From: Camelus ferus
Taxonomy: Eukaryota
Assembly (NCBI RefSeq): GCF_009834535.1
Contig: NC_045697.1
Location: 10,046,001 to 10,110,000 of the forward strand
Direction: 5' to 3'
Length of the DNA: 64,000 nt
The notes under the pieces are model-generated. The model saw nothing but the letters and a program-made list of their open reading frames with translations, was not told the DNA's origin and searched no databases. This document shows, one piece after another, positions 24,264 to 37,400 of the stretch (positions are counted from its first letter, which is position 1; each line of letters opens with the position of its first letter). The translations under genes were made by a program, and so were the position numbers.

Positions 24264-26269
24264 TATCTAAAAGTTACTCACACACTTAACATTTGCATTT
24301 AAACTCAGCCTCAGCTTGATTTATTCTAAGACTGATAAGCATTAACTAGCCCAGAGGACATTATGGATGTCAAAAAAATTAAAACATTCCATTATAGAAT
24401 TGTTTTTTTTTCCCTTGAAAGGACATAGACACTAAATGGAATTATCCCTGAGACATCCTACCAAGATACTGCATCAGCCACTCACATATTCTAGCATCAA
24501 ATGGACAGAAAATCTTCCTATTAAGGCAGACTCTCTTTGTGGAATTTCTACTAACTGATCTTAGTTCTGTCCTTGGAAACTACACAGTACAGGGTCAAAC
24601 CTCCTTCCTCATGGTGGTATCTCAAATATTTGAAGACATTACCAGTTCCCTCTTTCAAGACAGCAGTTCCGCACATTTGACATCCCCATTTCTCACATTG
24701 ACCCCAATTTTACCATCCTTATTGCTTTCCTGGAACAACATTCTAAATCTGTCAGAAATTAACTGCCATGTCCTGCTTAGGCTCTGGAATGAAATGAGTA
24801 GCCTCAAAGTCTGCAGGGTAATTTGCACAGCTTTACTGAGGAGTGCCTTGGCAATATATGTGAAACTCTTTAAAATAAGCATAACCTTCCATGTCTTAAA
24901 GCTTATACTAAAGAAAAATTATGGAAATGTGCTAAAACTTAGTATGGAGATGTTCATTACAGGTGTCTTTATTATTCCAACACGTGGAGACACCCAAGAA
25001 TAGAACAATATTAAAGAAATTATGGTCTGTCCATACAGCCATTTAATACTATGTAGTCATTCAAATGACCATGTAAACAAATCTACATTGACTTACATAG
25101 GTATTTATATAATCATAATAGAAAAGATTATAAATGAGTGGTTAGAATCTGATTACATCTTGTTAAAGCCCCCATCTGTGAGGAGGGAAAACATTCCCAA
25201 GAGGTTAACAAAAGCTCTCAAATTTGATTTAATTGAGAGCATTTCCCTTTTTCTTTGTCTATTTTTTTCTACCATAAGCTATTATGTTCATAATAAGGAA
25301 AACCAATTCTGTTCAGTGTTTTAAAAGATTCCAATTAAAACCACCCTTTGGTAGCTCCCTGTTGCTTTCAGGAAGGAGTCCAAATACCTGGCCAGAGACA
25401 CAAGCCTGCTTACGATCTTACCTCCGAAGCTCCATCACCTAAACATCCTCGCCAGTACTTTCCACTTTGCCCATAATGAACCATCTAAAGTATCCCCAAT
25501 TTTTATGCCTGCTTTCCATCTTCTACTTTCTGCCTGAAATATCCTCTAGGTTTAGAAACTGATTCAGTGAGATTATCCAAAATTACGTAACTGGCAAAAC
25601 CAGTCCAGGCGGCCTGGATCTGAAGCCGGGGCTGCCTCTCCAGGATCAGAATGAAAAACTCGGACAGTCAATGTGGTATTTTTCTAATTACCTTGGTGCC
25701 AAATTTAATCTCAGCCAAGGCAAGTTAATCACTTACGCCATTTACAACATTATCTGGAGGAGAAAGAAAACCCTAAAATATAGCCCTTTTCATTGTCAAG
25801 ATGATTTCAAAAATGTGGTTTTTCCCTTTAAAGAGCAGTGGTCCAGGGTATTTGGAGCAATATTTTAGCCAGACATTAAAGCCTACTTCGCATATACATG
25901 CCCTGTGTGTCAAATTTCACTAACCTGGTCCACTCTGACTTCTTTCTTTGTCTCTTTTATTATAAGAAGTTAATATTGAATTTCAAAACCCAAATGGCAT
26001 AAATAAATTCCAGATGTCTCCCCAAATCCTGAAATCTCACATTAGACTAAGGGGAAACATTGCTCTATATGAGTAGAGGGTTACATTTTAATTCACTGAA
26101 AAGCCAAAAGGATCTCTGGGCAATTCTTCCACCTTTATTTCACCAAGAAAAACGCATGAATACTTTTGAGTTTCTTATGAGCTGAGTCCTCAAGATTCAC
26201 AGCCCAGCTGTCTGACATATGTTCCACATTATTTCTCCCCGTTAAGAGATAAAATAACATCTCCATGAA

Positions 26270-26480
26270 ATGTGGGGTCCCAGAGCCAGGCTGCCTCAAT
26301 TTCAGTCCAACCAGGTGACTTTGGGCAAGTCCCTTAACCTCTCTAGTCCTCAGTTTTTCCATCCGTCAAGTGGGGATAATCATAGGACTCCACAGTGTTG
26401 TTGTGGAGATAAGCGAGTTAATAATTAAAAGTGTTTAGTACAGAGTCTGCCACACAGCAAAATGTTTACACTCATTATTA
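26270..26480 (+). mobile_element. MIR SINE
   Basis: 'gtgactttgggcaagtcccttaacctctctagtcctcagtttttccatccgtcaagtggggataat'. Confidence 0.88.
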
Positions 26481-27756
26481 CCTAAGAGGTAAGCATGACA
26501 AGCTGATGTAGGAGGTCTTAATGGCTAGAAATTCTCTTTCCTTCCTTCCCTCCACATAAGCAGGGCTGAGACTCCTTAAGCTTGGATTAAGGAGACTCTC
26601 ATCCTTCCGTGAGTGACTGAGGAGCTAACTTCAGATCCCAGACCTTTCCCCTAGTCTGATCCAGACCCAGACTTCCCTACCTGAGTCAGCACTCCTGATC
26701 CTCTTGCCTGAGCCATGCCATCCCACCAACTTTGCGGCCAGGGTAACTCCACGTACGTAAATATAAAAGCTCGGCCCTCAGAGAATTTGTGGACGCAGCT
26801 TCGCGCCTCCGGTTAATTACAGGAGATCATATACGTAAAACACCGAAGTGCCGTAATCAGTGCTCAAAAACCAGTTTTCTTCCTTTTTCCCCCACCCGCC
26901 CTAATGACCGAGGCCTGTGTTTGCAAGAAATATTTCATTATAGCCACAAAGAGACCTTTGTTGCTCACCTTCAACAGAGAATTTACAGTCCATATATCCT
27001 TCAACATCTCAGTTTCGCACCTTGAGACCCTGCATTCCCTGCCAGAGGCAACCAGACCAAACTTGGCGCTGTTTCGCACTTGACAGAGCTTTTCACCTCT
27101 CAAAAGCAATGAAAGCTTGGGTAATATTTTAGTGCTTACAGACAGGGGTCTTACTTTTATATCAACTCTTTAAGAAGGTGTTATTGTGGTTGCTGTTTTT
27201 GTTGTTATCATCGTAATTTTGCAGTGTGGAAGACTAAAGCTTAAACAGATGAAAAGGTTTGCCTCAAATCATACAGATGGCAAGTGACTCCATGGAGATT
27301 TGAACATGGATTCTCTATTTTGAAATTCTTTTCTTCTTTTTCTACCAAACCTCACTGTGAAAGTTAGAACATTAACGAGTGCAAGCCTTCAAAGAAGCCT
27401 CGTTAATTCTTTGCTTCCATCACTTCCGTTGGAGGTCCTTTTATTCACTTTAAGCTCTGATTTTCTGTTTTGCCCTGGTTGGCAAGACTGAGCTCAGCAC
27501 AGCCATTCAGCCAGGTGGAAGCCATTTCTACAGGCCATCATGATTGTGTACTGGATTTTTTTTTTTTTAAAAGAAGACATGTTTAATTGGTGTTTTCTTT
27601 TGAGCAGAATTTTGTTATACTGCAGCCAAATAATGCCTCATCTAGAAAGAAAAATGAACTATTCCAGACAGTTTGTTCAAAACGAAGCCAAATCTTTTGC
27701 AACAGTGAAGTATTGTACACAAATCTGAAAGTATTCCATATTGAGAACAGGGTAAG

Positions 27757-28266
27757 TATGTCAATAAGGAACGTTCCACTGCATGTAAACAGAGGTTTCT
27801 GTTTCTCACCTAAATAGCAGTGAGTTTGGAGATATGCAGTCAAGGGTCGATACAATGGCTTCACAAGGTCATCGGAGACCCAGGTTCCTTCTGCCTTTCT
27901 GCTCGTCTATCTTGGTATGTGGCTTTCTTGATCATGATCACAAGTTGTCTGGTCTACGTCAGTGTCACGACCGCCTTCTGCATGAAGGCAAAATACAAAA
28001 AAACAAAATCTGAGCAGGTGACACCAGCTGTCCTTCCCCTTGAGGAAGTTTCCCAGCAACCTCTTCCATCAACCTCTGCTGGCATATCATTATCCCTACT
28101 GGGGTTGTGGGAGGAGGGGGGTCACACAACCTTCCCTGGCCACAGGGAGTCTGGAGAAATGGGTATTTACATGGTCGCATTACCCCCCACCCCAAACAGA
28201 CAAGATCTCCGTTAATCAGAAAGAAAAGAAAAATCAACGTTGGGAAGCAATTGGCAGAGTCTGCTA
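27757..28266 (-). mobile_element. Old MaLR LTR (MLT1K/L-like)
   Basis: 'gacccaggttccttctgcctttctgct...cagggagtctggagaaatgggtattt...gttgggaagcaattggcagagtctgc'. Confidence 0.65.
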
Positions 28267-29869
28267 AAAGGACTGCTTTTGGCCTTGGAAGCCTGCAATG
28301 TGTTAGACACAAAGTAAGACAATGCTAAGAAAGAAAGAACACTATGCTTACATTAGACCTAAAGAAAATGGTGTCTGGGGAGATGTAACATGTGAAATGA
28401 CATGTACTTTTCTTAGAAGATCATCATGTGAATTCTTCTCACATAACAATGCCTGGCACAGAAGAGACACTCAAAAATGGTTTCAAATATTTCCCTTCTC
28501 TTCACCCTCTCGTGCAAATGAAATTAGAGACACAACCCCAGCTTCCACTTGGACTGCTTTTATATTTGCATTGTCTAATTAATCTTGTTATGACCTGACA
28601 GTGGCTACCGTTCTGGCCAGTGTATCCGTATCCCCAGCCCCTAGCAAACATAGCACTGCTGCCTTTATTAGATAATGTCAGATCTTTCCTCCTGGATGTA
28701 GTCTCTCTTTTTGATTTTCTCTCCAGAGCTGTGATGGTATCATTTTCACTTGTAATTTCATCAGCTGAGACATAAATAGCCTTTGGTTTAGTTTGGTTTG
28801 GTTTTTATCAGCCTCTTCTTTTGCTTGGCACTTAGTAGGTGTTCAATGATATCTGTTTCACCATTTACCAGCTGTGTGATCTTGGGCACATTCCAAGCCT
28901 GCCATGACAAGAGAAAATAAATGTTTGTTTTGGAGTTATGCTGCAGCATTACAGCTGCAATAGCCAGTGACTATGGCCTGCCACCGTGGCGGGGTGGGGA
29001 TTCATAGAAAGGAGATGCTCAGCAGATAATGCCAAAGACATTTACTAAAGAATAGCATCCACGCTGTAACCAGACTCGTTTCTCTAGTCCTTGTTACAAT
29101 TAACAGACAGTCCTGAATTGTAATAACCTCACGTAGAATAAATGCTAAAAAATGACAGAAGAACTTCTCCAAATCCTACTCTGAGGTTTTTAGAGTATGT
29201 AGAAAACCACCGTGGAAAAGAGATGCTTTCTAGGCAAGCATAATTCTGCTGCACCAGTGAGGAAGCACATGGGACGTGGATGATAAAAGAAGATACCCAG
29301 AATGCTTATCTCACTGACACAGCTGCTTTCGGTTTGAGGTATGGGAGGCAATTACACGGTCTCTGTACAGAGAGTAGATGGGTGAAGAATGTCTCCTTGT
29401 CAAAAATTACATCTGTTGATTGTCAGTGAAAACCAAAGCTGGAGTAAATTTGGAAATCTAATATATGGTCGCCTGGAGCTTTATCTGTTCCAAAATGTAA
29501 ATTCACACTAGTGTAGAACGGTGTTTCCAGCTTGCTGGACACATTTACGTATCTGATCTCTTTTCACAAAACGTCCAGTGAAACAGGAATTTTAGACATA
29601 ACAAGCAGGTGTTTGGCACAATATGTAACTTCATACATAGGATGAGTCACAACCTAGTGTCTTTTGAAGGCATTTGTAAGCTAAAAAACAGTAGCTTTCA
29701 AGAGATTTTTTTTTCAGGCAGCGTAAACAGTCAGAACTGTATTTGTGTACCTTAGAATCAAACAGACCTGGATTTGATTCCAGGTCTGCTGTCTAATAAA
29801 TGTGCAACTCTGGGCACACTGCTTATCACCACTGAGTATTTTCCCTCATCTGTAAAATGAAAATAATGC

Positions 29870-29947
29870 TTAAGTTGAACCAAGTGAACTTGCCATATTC
29901 GAAGCCAAGAGAAGTCAAATGTTGGCGATTTCATATGGTTCCGCCTA
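29870..29947. mobile_element. MADE2-like mariner-derived MITE inside a MIR
   Basis: ~78-bp imperfect palindrome: taagttgaaccaagtgaacttgcc ... ggcgatttcatatggttccgccta. MIR text (29750-29869) precedes it. Confidence 0.75.
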
Positions 29948-30685
29948 CACCTGTTTCGCAGGACCGAGTCTCGGAGACTAAGTCCACGTATGTCTACCAG
30001 TCACAACTCTACTGTTGCACGTGAGACACACCCAACTCAGACTAGCTTTAGAAAAAGGGAATATCTATCAAATCACCACAATGTACACTTCAAATATCTT
30101 TCAATTTTATTTGTCAGTTGTACCTCAATAAAGCTGAAATTTAAAAAAAATGGGGAGAATGCACTAGCTCACTCAATTGGGCAATTTAGGAATGGTGTTA
30201 GCTTCATGTTAGCAAGGTCCAGGGGCTCAAATGCTGCCCTGTATCCTCTCCTTCTCTGCTGCCCCGCTTCCTTCTGCATCTGTTGACTTTGTCGTACGTG
30301 CTGGATGGGATGACCAGCGATAATCTAGTCTTCACTAGAAGCAAAAGGGACTGCTCTCTCCCACGGGCCGTCTCTCTTGCGTTACACGCTCAGCCCTCAG
30401 CCAGTCACTGTTTCCATTGTGTCATGTGGTCTTTTACTAGGCTTTGTCCAGCCCGGTTGACTTTCTCACCTCCAGGGAGATGCCAGGAGGGAAGGTAACT
30501 GTACATGAGAGCCCGGTTAGAACCACAGAAGATAGGGGAGCAGTGCTCAGAGAATACTGGGGTGCTAGGAAGGCAGAAAAAAATGTCCACTGCAGTACGT
30601 ACAACACTTAGCACAGATCCTGACACACAGAATATGTGCTAAAACGAGCTGAAGACGTTTCTGCACTATACTCAAATGGCGTAGG

Positions 30686-30878
30686 ATAAAGTGACCAACT
30701 TTTCTCAATTTGCCCAGGACTTTCTTGGTGTTAGCACTGTAAGTCTCATGCCCTGGAAAACTCCTCAGTCCCAGGCAGACCATCTTGGTTTATCTGGACC
30801 ATCTATATTTTAAAACTGCAGGTCCCATATCTGGGGAATCCCTGCAGTCCCAGGCAAACCAGGATAACTGGTCACCCA
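30686..30878. mobile_element. MER81/MER94-like hAT-Blackjack MITE with an internal duplication
   Basis: Ends 'gtgaccaac' / 'ctggtcaccc'. 'cagtcccaggca(g/a)acca' occurs twice. Confidence 0.65.
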
Positions 30879-31074
30879 GCTGAAAGCTGGCACTTGCAAG
30901 TGTAAGTTGTAGCTGTAGTTGAGGTCTTGTTAGGTTAGCTTATTAGTTGCTGCATCAGTAGATGAATGATGTGCTGTGGTACACCAGAAATCATGGAAAT
31001 GGGAGATAGATAGTCTCCTGGAAAATGCACAGGCTGTGTCCTTCATTTACTTACAAGACGTGCCCCTTTGCTTT

Positions 31075-31222
31075 GCCTTCCCCTTCTGCTCTGTTTTTCT
31101 TTCAGTGCTTTTCTTTCTCCCTTTTCCTCTGTCCTTTCTTTTTTTCCTTGCTTCCTATCTTCCTTCTGATCGCCCTTCCTTCTCTCTCTTATTTTCTTCT
31201 TTTCCTTTTACTTTCTTACTTG
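31075..31222 (+). repeat. CT-rich low-complexity tract
   Basis: Degenerate (TTTC/TTCC)n. Confidence 0.8.
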
Positions 31223-34200
31223 GCAACATATGTACATTTCAAATAACATGTGATTTAGATTTTTTGTGATCTTCAAAGGAGCTGTTATGTGTTGTTTGAC
31301 TGAAACAAGCCAGCTTCAGTAAATACATTTATTCTGAATAATCTACCAAGTAAGTAGAAACTTCACTGTTGATTAAGACAAAAAATGTATGCACAATTAC
31401 TGTGGGCATGGTCACGAGGCTGAGCGTGAAAAGTGAAAAAACTGGGGGGGAAAAAACAAGCAAAAAAGATAGTGATAGTTGTGAAATGAGGAGATTGGAG
31501 GTTGGAAGGGCTAGAGATTGAATTCTTTCAAGGGACATTTTGGTTTCACTGTTTGCACAGGGGCTGCCTCTACTACTGATGGAAATTGCTGGGATTTGGG
31601 AACTCTTTCTTCTTTTAAATCAATATTATCATTAATTAAGCAATGTAAACCAGGATATCCTTCTTGGTTACAAACTATGCTTTGAAGCCAGGCCTGCATC
31701 TGAATGTCTTCAATCAAAATCTTAAAATAAAATGAGAAAGAAAGCGATTCCTAGTCTTTGAAGAAGAGCTATTACGGAGAACAGAGCCTTCTGAACTAAA
31801 CTCTGGATAGGGATGAGGACTTTGTTGCCTTTATCACAGTGCTGAAGTTCTGAAGAATCGATCTTTGGAGGCAAATCCAAACGCTCCCTCCCTCATGACA
31901 AGGGTTCCATCCACAAGTCTGGGTCATAGAGTTGGAACTTCCATTACATTTGAGTTTTCCAAATATCAGCGTTCACATCACTTTCACAATTTTTGTCATT
32001 ACATAGTATCACTTGTGCCATTCATTTACCTAATAGTTTCCTACAAGTGTACTTATTAAGTGAGGCTAAGATGATACAGCCAATGAGGTTCATTAGGGCT
32101 CATGCAGAGCACTGTCCAGAAAGCCCAGGCTGACTCTCGGACCCTGATGTGTTTTAAACCTTTCTGGGAAGGAAAGTATTGTCACCCACAAGCAAAGTGG
32201 TACACTGTGGTGCTATTGAAAAGGCTTGGAGCCTCACCACCTAGTTCTTGTCTTGGTTCTACTTTTTGGTAGCCTCGAGATTTTGGAAAAGTGGTTTCAA
32301 TTTTCTATCTGCGTGATTGTGAGGATTAATTAAGATGATGCCTAGAAATAATTGATGAACAGTGCTGGCACTTAGCAGATGTTAGTCAGGATTTCTTCTT
32401 AGTCCATTAGTAGAGAGAACAAAGGTTTGCATAGTCCCGTAGGGAAGACTGCTTATTTATTCTGGGAAAGCCAACTAAATGGGAAATGTAATGCAAAGAG
32501 CATGTTCTGAAATGTGTGGTTTCAAGTCATTACAATGCCTTAGGGGAAATTTTTTTTTTCAATTAAGTAGAAGCCAGGGGCATCTCTGCACACTAGGGCA
32601 CTTTAGGAGGAAATGTGTTTAGCCCCGTAGGAACAATGGGTGTGTCATCGTGTTTTCTGAACTGGCTTCCTCAGACCTGATTTGTATCACCTGTAGTTAC
32701 TGAGTCAGAGGTAAGAACCAGAAGGGGAAAAAAATATGTCTTACCAAAATTTTGTGAGTACTTTGCACAAGTTGAGCTGATTATGGGCCCAATGAGAAAA
32801 AACAGCCAAGACTTAGGGGGAGGCTGGTCCCCCCTTTCTCTGCTGAGAAGGCAGCATCATTTTGCTATCACAAGAATTTCCAATAATTTTTTAAACATTC
32901 TATTCACTATCTGATTATTTGAGAATGTAGTAAAGCTATTTTTACTGTTTTTATTTTTTTATCTGGCAACCATATTGAAGGTACATTATTTCTAATAGCC
33001 TTTTTAAAGTGCTTGCACTGTTTAGGTATACAATTTTATTATCTGTTGTACATGTTTGCTTCCTCCAATCCAATTTCTATATCCCTTATTTTTTGTTTCC
33101 TGTCTCATCACATGTAAATTATTTTACCATAATTTATGTACGATTAAAATAGTATTGCATTTTTGATCCACTATGATACGGATGACTTTGAGAATGTAGC
33201 AATGAAAAGCCCAAGAAATAGCTAAAAATCTGTTGCAATAAATTATAGGTAGCGAGACAGTGCCCTGGCAAAGACAATGGGTAAAAAAGCAGTTGGAAGA
33301 AATTACCAATGAGCAATATTTTAATTGAATAAGTGAATGATTGGAATGGAATGTAAGAAACAAAACTTGACCACAAGTCTTTAAATATGAGATGACACCA
33401 GGAAATGATCAGTCATACCAATCAAGATTCAGTTAGAAAAAAATCACTCTAGGTAGGGATTTTAAGATGAGAAATCAAAGCCTTAAGCAAACATTGAAAG
33501 AACTATACAGAATCTACACGTAGGATTCAATTGCATCGAACTACACAACACACAAATGAATCCATGCAAAAACTGCTAAAATCTGAGTAAGTTCTGTATT
33601 TAGTTAATACTATTTCTCTGATGCCAATTTCTAGTTTTGATATCCTATTACAGTGAGGGAGGCTAGTTTTTATTTGGTTTTATGCAATTTTTGCAGCTTC
33701 CTGTGAATTATAATTGTATATAATGATACATTAATTATCAATAACTAATAGTATTGATGATCATATATGTTAGTATATTACATATACTAATTAACTCACG
33801 TAAAATCATTTCCAAATAAAACAGTTTTTTAAAAAGGGGGCTATGGAACCAACAATTGGAGAAAAACCATGCTCTTTTGAGGGAAACCCAGAAGTGCAGG
33901 ATTGCTAGGAAGCCACACTAATGTGTGATTCCAGGAGCTCATAATCAGTTGACTGTCCTCACTCTGCCTGCAACTGCCGCCAAAGAATATCCTCTCAGTC
34001 CTTTCTGCCCTCCACATCCCTGTGAGCGCCCTGGTTGGCTGGCTGGGATCCAGGACTCTGACTGCAAGGGATTCTGAGAAACATCGTTCCAGGCTTCCAC
34101 TCCCTGGGCTGTGAGAGAGAGAGTACAAAGGTCCAGGGTTGGACGATACTGAGCTGAAAACATCTCCCAGCTCACTGATATTGAACAGATATTGTGAATT

Positions 34201-34572
34201 TATAATTTAGCCCTTGAAAAGGAGATTAGAAAAAGGAAATTAGACAAAACTGGCAATTTATAAATAAAAGAAATTCATAAATAACTCAATTTCCAAGCAT
34301 AATTCCTTGGTATCTCTTCAAAACTATTTTCATCCAAAAGAATTTATAACAACTAAATTTTAATAGGATTTTTCAAATTGATAAACAATTCCACATGAAC
34401 TGTCTCACTGGCCCACCAAACAATGCTGAGAAACAGATAATAATGAAAACATAGAATACTCACTTAGCACTTTTATTTATATCATCACATTTCCTTGCAA
34501 CTCACCAACAAAAGACTGCTCCTTGTAGTTCTCCAAAGCAGAAACAGTGTCTTCAGATCTTCACACATGTGG

Positions 34573-35087
34573 TTTCTTTTTCTTTTTTTTTAATTGAAGT
34601 ATAGTCAGTTTACAATGTCATGTCAATTTCTGGTGTACAGTATAATAATTCAGTCATACACATGCATACATATATTCATCTTCATATTTTTTCATTATAG
34701 GCTATTACAAGGTATTGAACATAGTTCCCTGTGCTGTACAGTAGGACCTTATTGTTTATCCATTTTATATATAGTAATGTGTATCGAACTTCCAATTTAT
34801 CCCTTCCTACTCCCTTCCCCCATTGGTAACCATAAGTTTGTTTTCTCTGTCTGTAAATCTGTTTCTGTTTTGTAAATAAGTTCATTTGTTTTTTGGTTTT
34901 TGTTTTTGTTTTTTTTTAGACTCTACATATAAGTGATATCCTATGGTATTTTTCTTTCTTCTTTTGGCTTACTTCGCTTAGAAAGACAATCTCGTCTTAT
35001 CCATGTTGCTGCAAATGGCATTATTTTATTAATTTTTATGGCTGGATAGTATTCCATTGTATAAATATACCACAACTTTATCCACTG
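34573..35087 (-). mobile_element. L1 3' UTR fragment
   Basis: 'ttttaattgaagtatagtcagtttacaatg...ggtaaccataagtttgttttct...ccatgttgctgcaaatggcatt...gtattccattgtataaatataccacaac'. Confidence 0.92.
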
Positions 35088-35130
35088 ACCATTTACTTTT
35101 GATGTCACTAGTCATTTGTTTAACTTCATG

Positions 35131-35674
35131 ATTTATTGATTTATTTATTAAGGTATAGTCAGTTACAGTGTGTCAATTTCTGAGCATAATGTCCCAGTTA
35201 TACATACACATACATATATTCATTTTCATATTCTTTTTTATTATAGGTTACTGTAAGATATTGAACATAGCTCCCTGTGCTATACAGAAGAAATTTGGTT
35301 TTTTAATCTATTTTTATATAGTAGTTAATATTTGCAATTCTCAAACTCCCAGTTTATCCCTTCTTGCCCTCTTTCCCCCCAGTAACCATGGGTTTGTTTA
35401 CCATGTCTGTGAATCTCTTTCTGTTTTATAGATAAGTTCATTAGTGTCTTTTTTTTGTTGTCCTTTTTTTTTCTTTAGATTCCACATATGAATGATATCA
35501 TATGGTATTTTTCTTTCTCTTTCTGGACTACTTCACTTAGAATGATTATCTCCAGGTCCATCCATGTTGCTGCAAATGGCATTATTTTATTCTTTTTTAT
35601 GGCTGAGTAGTATTCCATTGTATAAATATAACACAACTTCTTTATCCAGTCATCTGTCAGTGGACATTTAGTTG
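35131..35674 (-). mobile_element. Second adjacent L1 3' fragment (different subfamily)
   Basis: 'aggtatagtcagttacagtgtgtcaatttctgagcataatgtcccag...tccatccatgttgctgcaaatggc...catctgtcagtggacatttagttg'. The minus-strand ORF 35475-35696 reads like the L1 ORF2 C-terminus ([37 protein letters not shown]). Confidence 0.92.
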
Positions 35675-36099
35675 AGAATGTCTTTCCCTGGTACAAATTC
35701 CTCCTGGCAGGCCCTACACCTCTTCACACCCTGTTCCACCAAGGTCTTGCTCCCTCTCTTTCCTGAAAGAGACTGAGTCTGATAGGATATGAACAGGCAT
35801 CCCCATCATGCAGAGGGCCAGGCTGTGCTACCCTTACAGGAGTCCAGGGGTTGACCATCAGGCCAGAACATGTGACCCAAGATCTGTTCCTCTGCAATGA
35901 CCTCTCCTTACTCCAAGAACCTCATCCTTGATCAGCCAGATCTCACACCCCCATGCAAAATAACAAGAAGAATAGAGTTGGTGGTACACAGAGGACTTAA
36001 TAAAGGTCCCCATTAGACCGTGCTCTCAGGCATATATTTGCCAACCACACGACTGAAAATGAGTCTTGTAGCTTTTTCTAGCACTTATTTCCCTTGGTC

Positions 36100-37400
36100 C
36101 ACCTTTCCCTCTCCTCCCCTCCTCTGCAGGTTCTCGAGTTAGCAGTCTGTTGACTGCAGATGCTTTAGTGTGCAAAACAGCTCATGCTATTTCCCCCAGC
36201 AAGAAAAACCAGACACCGCTCAACCTGAATTTTACACTTTTCAAGCAAATATCGTCTAGACTCTGCACTGTTTCCGAAGTCTGGTTCAGGGAGAGAGCCC
36301 ACAGATAGAGGAGGAGATTTATTTTTGGTTGTGAGGGTGACCAACCCTTCTTCCAGGCTTGATGGAACAGTTGGGAGGTGTGTGTAGGCCCCGGCATCTA
36401 TGCACCACGTGGCCTGGCGGCTCCCTCTCCCCCCTGCCACCGCTCGAAGCCTGGGAGGATGCTTTTGAAACGAATCAGGAAATTACTTATCAATCTGAAG
36501 CCCCAAAGAGCTCTGAGTGCTCCTCACTGCCAAGGGAAGGGGATTTCAAGTGAAATCTCCACATCTGTGTGCAGTAGAGTTCAAAGACGCCAGCTGTTGG
36601 AAGGTCTTGCGAGCGATGTAAGTAAAAAGCCCTCCCTCCCGACTGAAACGAGCCTCTCCAGGCTTTGTTTCTCCCAGAGACGAGTCTTTTGGCTCACGCT
36701 GGTGTTACTCTTTCTCTGTTCCTCTGCGAGGTTTGAGGATGTTTACTGACCGGGGCTTAGTCAATGAAACATCTCCTCTGGGGGAAGCTTCCCCTCAACA
36801 GAAGAGAGAAAGTGAAAGTTGTCAGAATCGGCTTTGCTGGGGTAGTTTTGAAAACAGCCCTCGACTTGGCAGTTGCGCTCCCTAATGACTAGAGACCTTG
36901 GTGTACCCTCGCGGGAGCAAACAGAGGGGACTTCGTAGCCTCCCCACGAGAAACAGAATTGCCATCCGGTCTGCGGTTACATAATTCAAGTTTAAGGTGT
37001 GCCTTCACTTTGTAGGATTTTAATAGAGGAAAAAAATACATTAAAGCTAATATTCTGTGGCGATTTCCTTGTCGCAGCATAAATCTTGTGCTTAATTCAT
37101 GCTTGGTTAAGGGTGCTGATTTATTTACTGTTTGTTTTATTAAACAAATGTGTCCGACATTCCACATGGCTCGGGGAGGCCAGGGAGCAGAGAACGCATT
37201 CTTTGCGATCTGTGAATGTAAATATCTAGACAGAGTTGGTAAAACTATGGGTGTGTATTAATAGTAATTATATGAATGGATTGCATAGTTTCATAAATAA
37301 TGCATTGTACTAGAGTGTGTGTCTTTTACGAATATCTTAAATCAGACGGTGGTTAAGGGCAGGGAAGCAATTGCTGGAATACAGCTCACGTAAAAGAAAT
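36100..37400 (+). promoter_or_regulatory. Repeat-free candidate regulatory block / alternative exon
   Basis: About 1.3 kb with no recognisable repeat and moderately retained CpGs. Contains E-box CACGTG 36406-36411, an acceptor ctcctcccctcctctgcag|G at 36129/36130, a donor GAT|gtaagt at 36617/36618, and an AT-rich forkhead-like cluster at ~37120-37150. Confidence 0.35.

Noticed and set aside
35475..35696. ORF with reverse-transcriptase-family C-terminal text
   Set aside because: It is the end of a truncated L1 ORF2, not a host gene.
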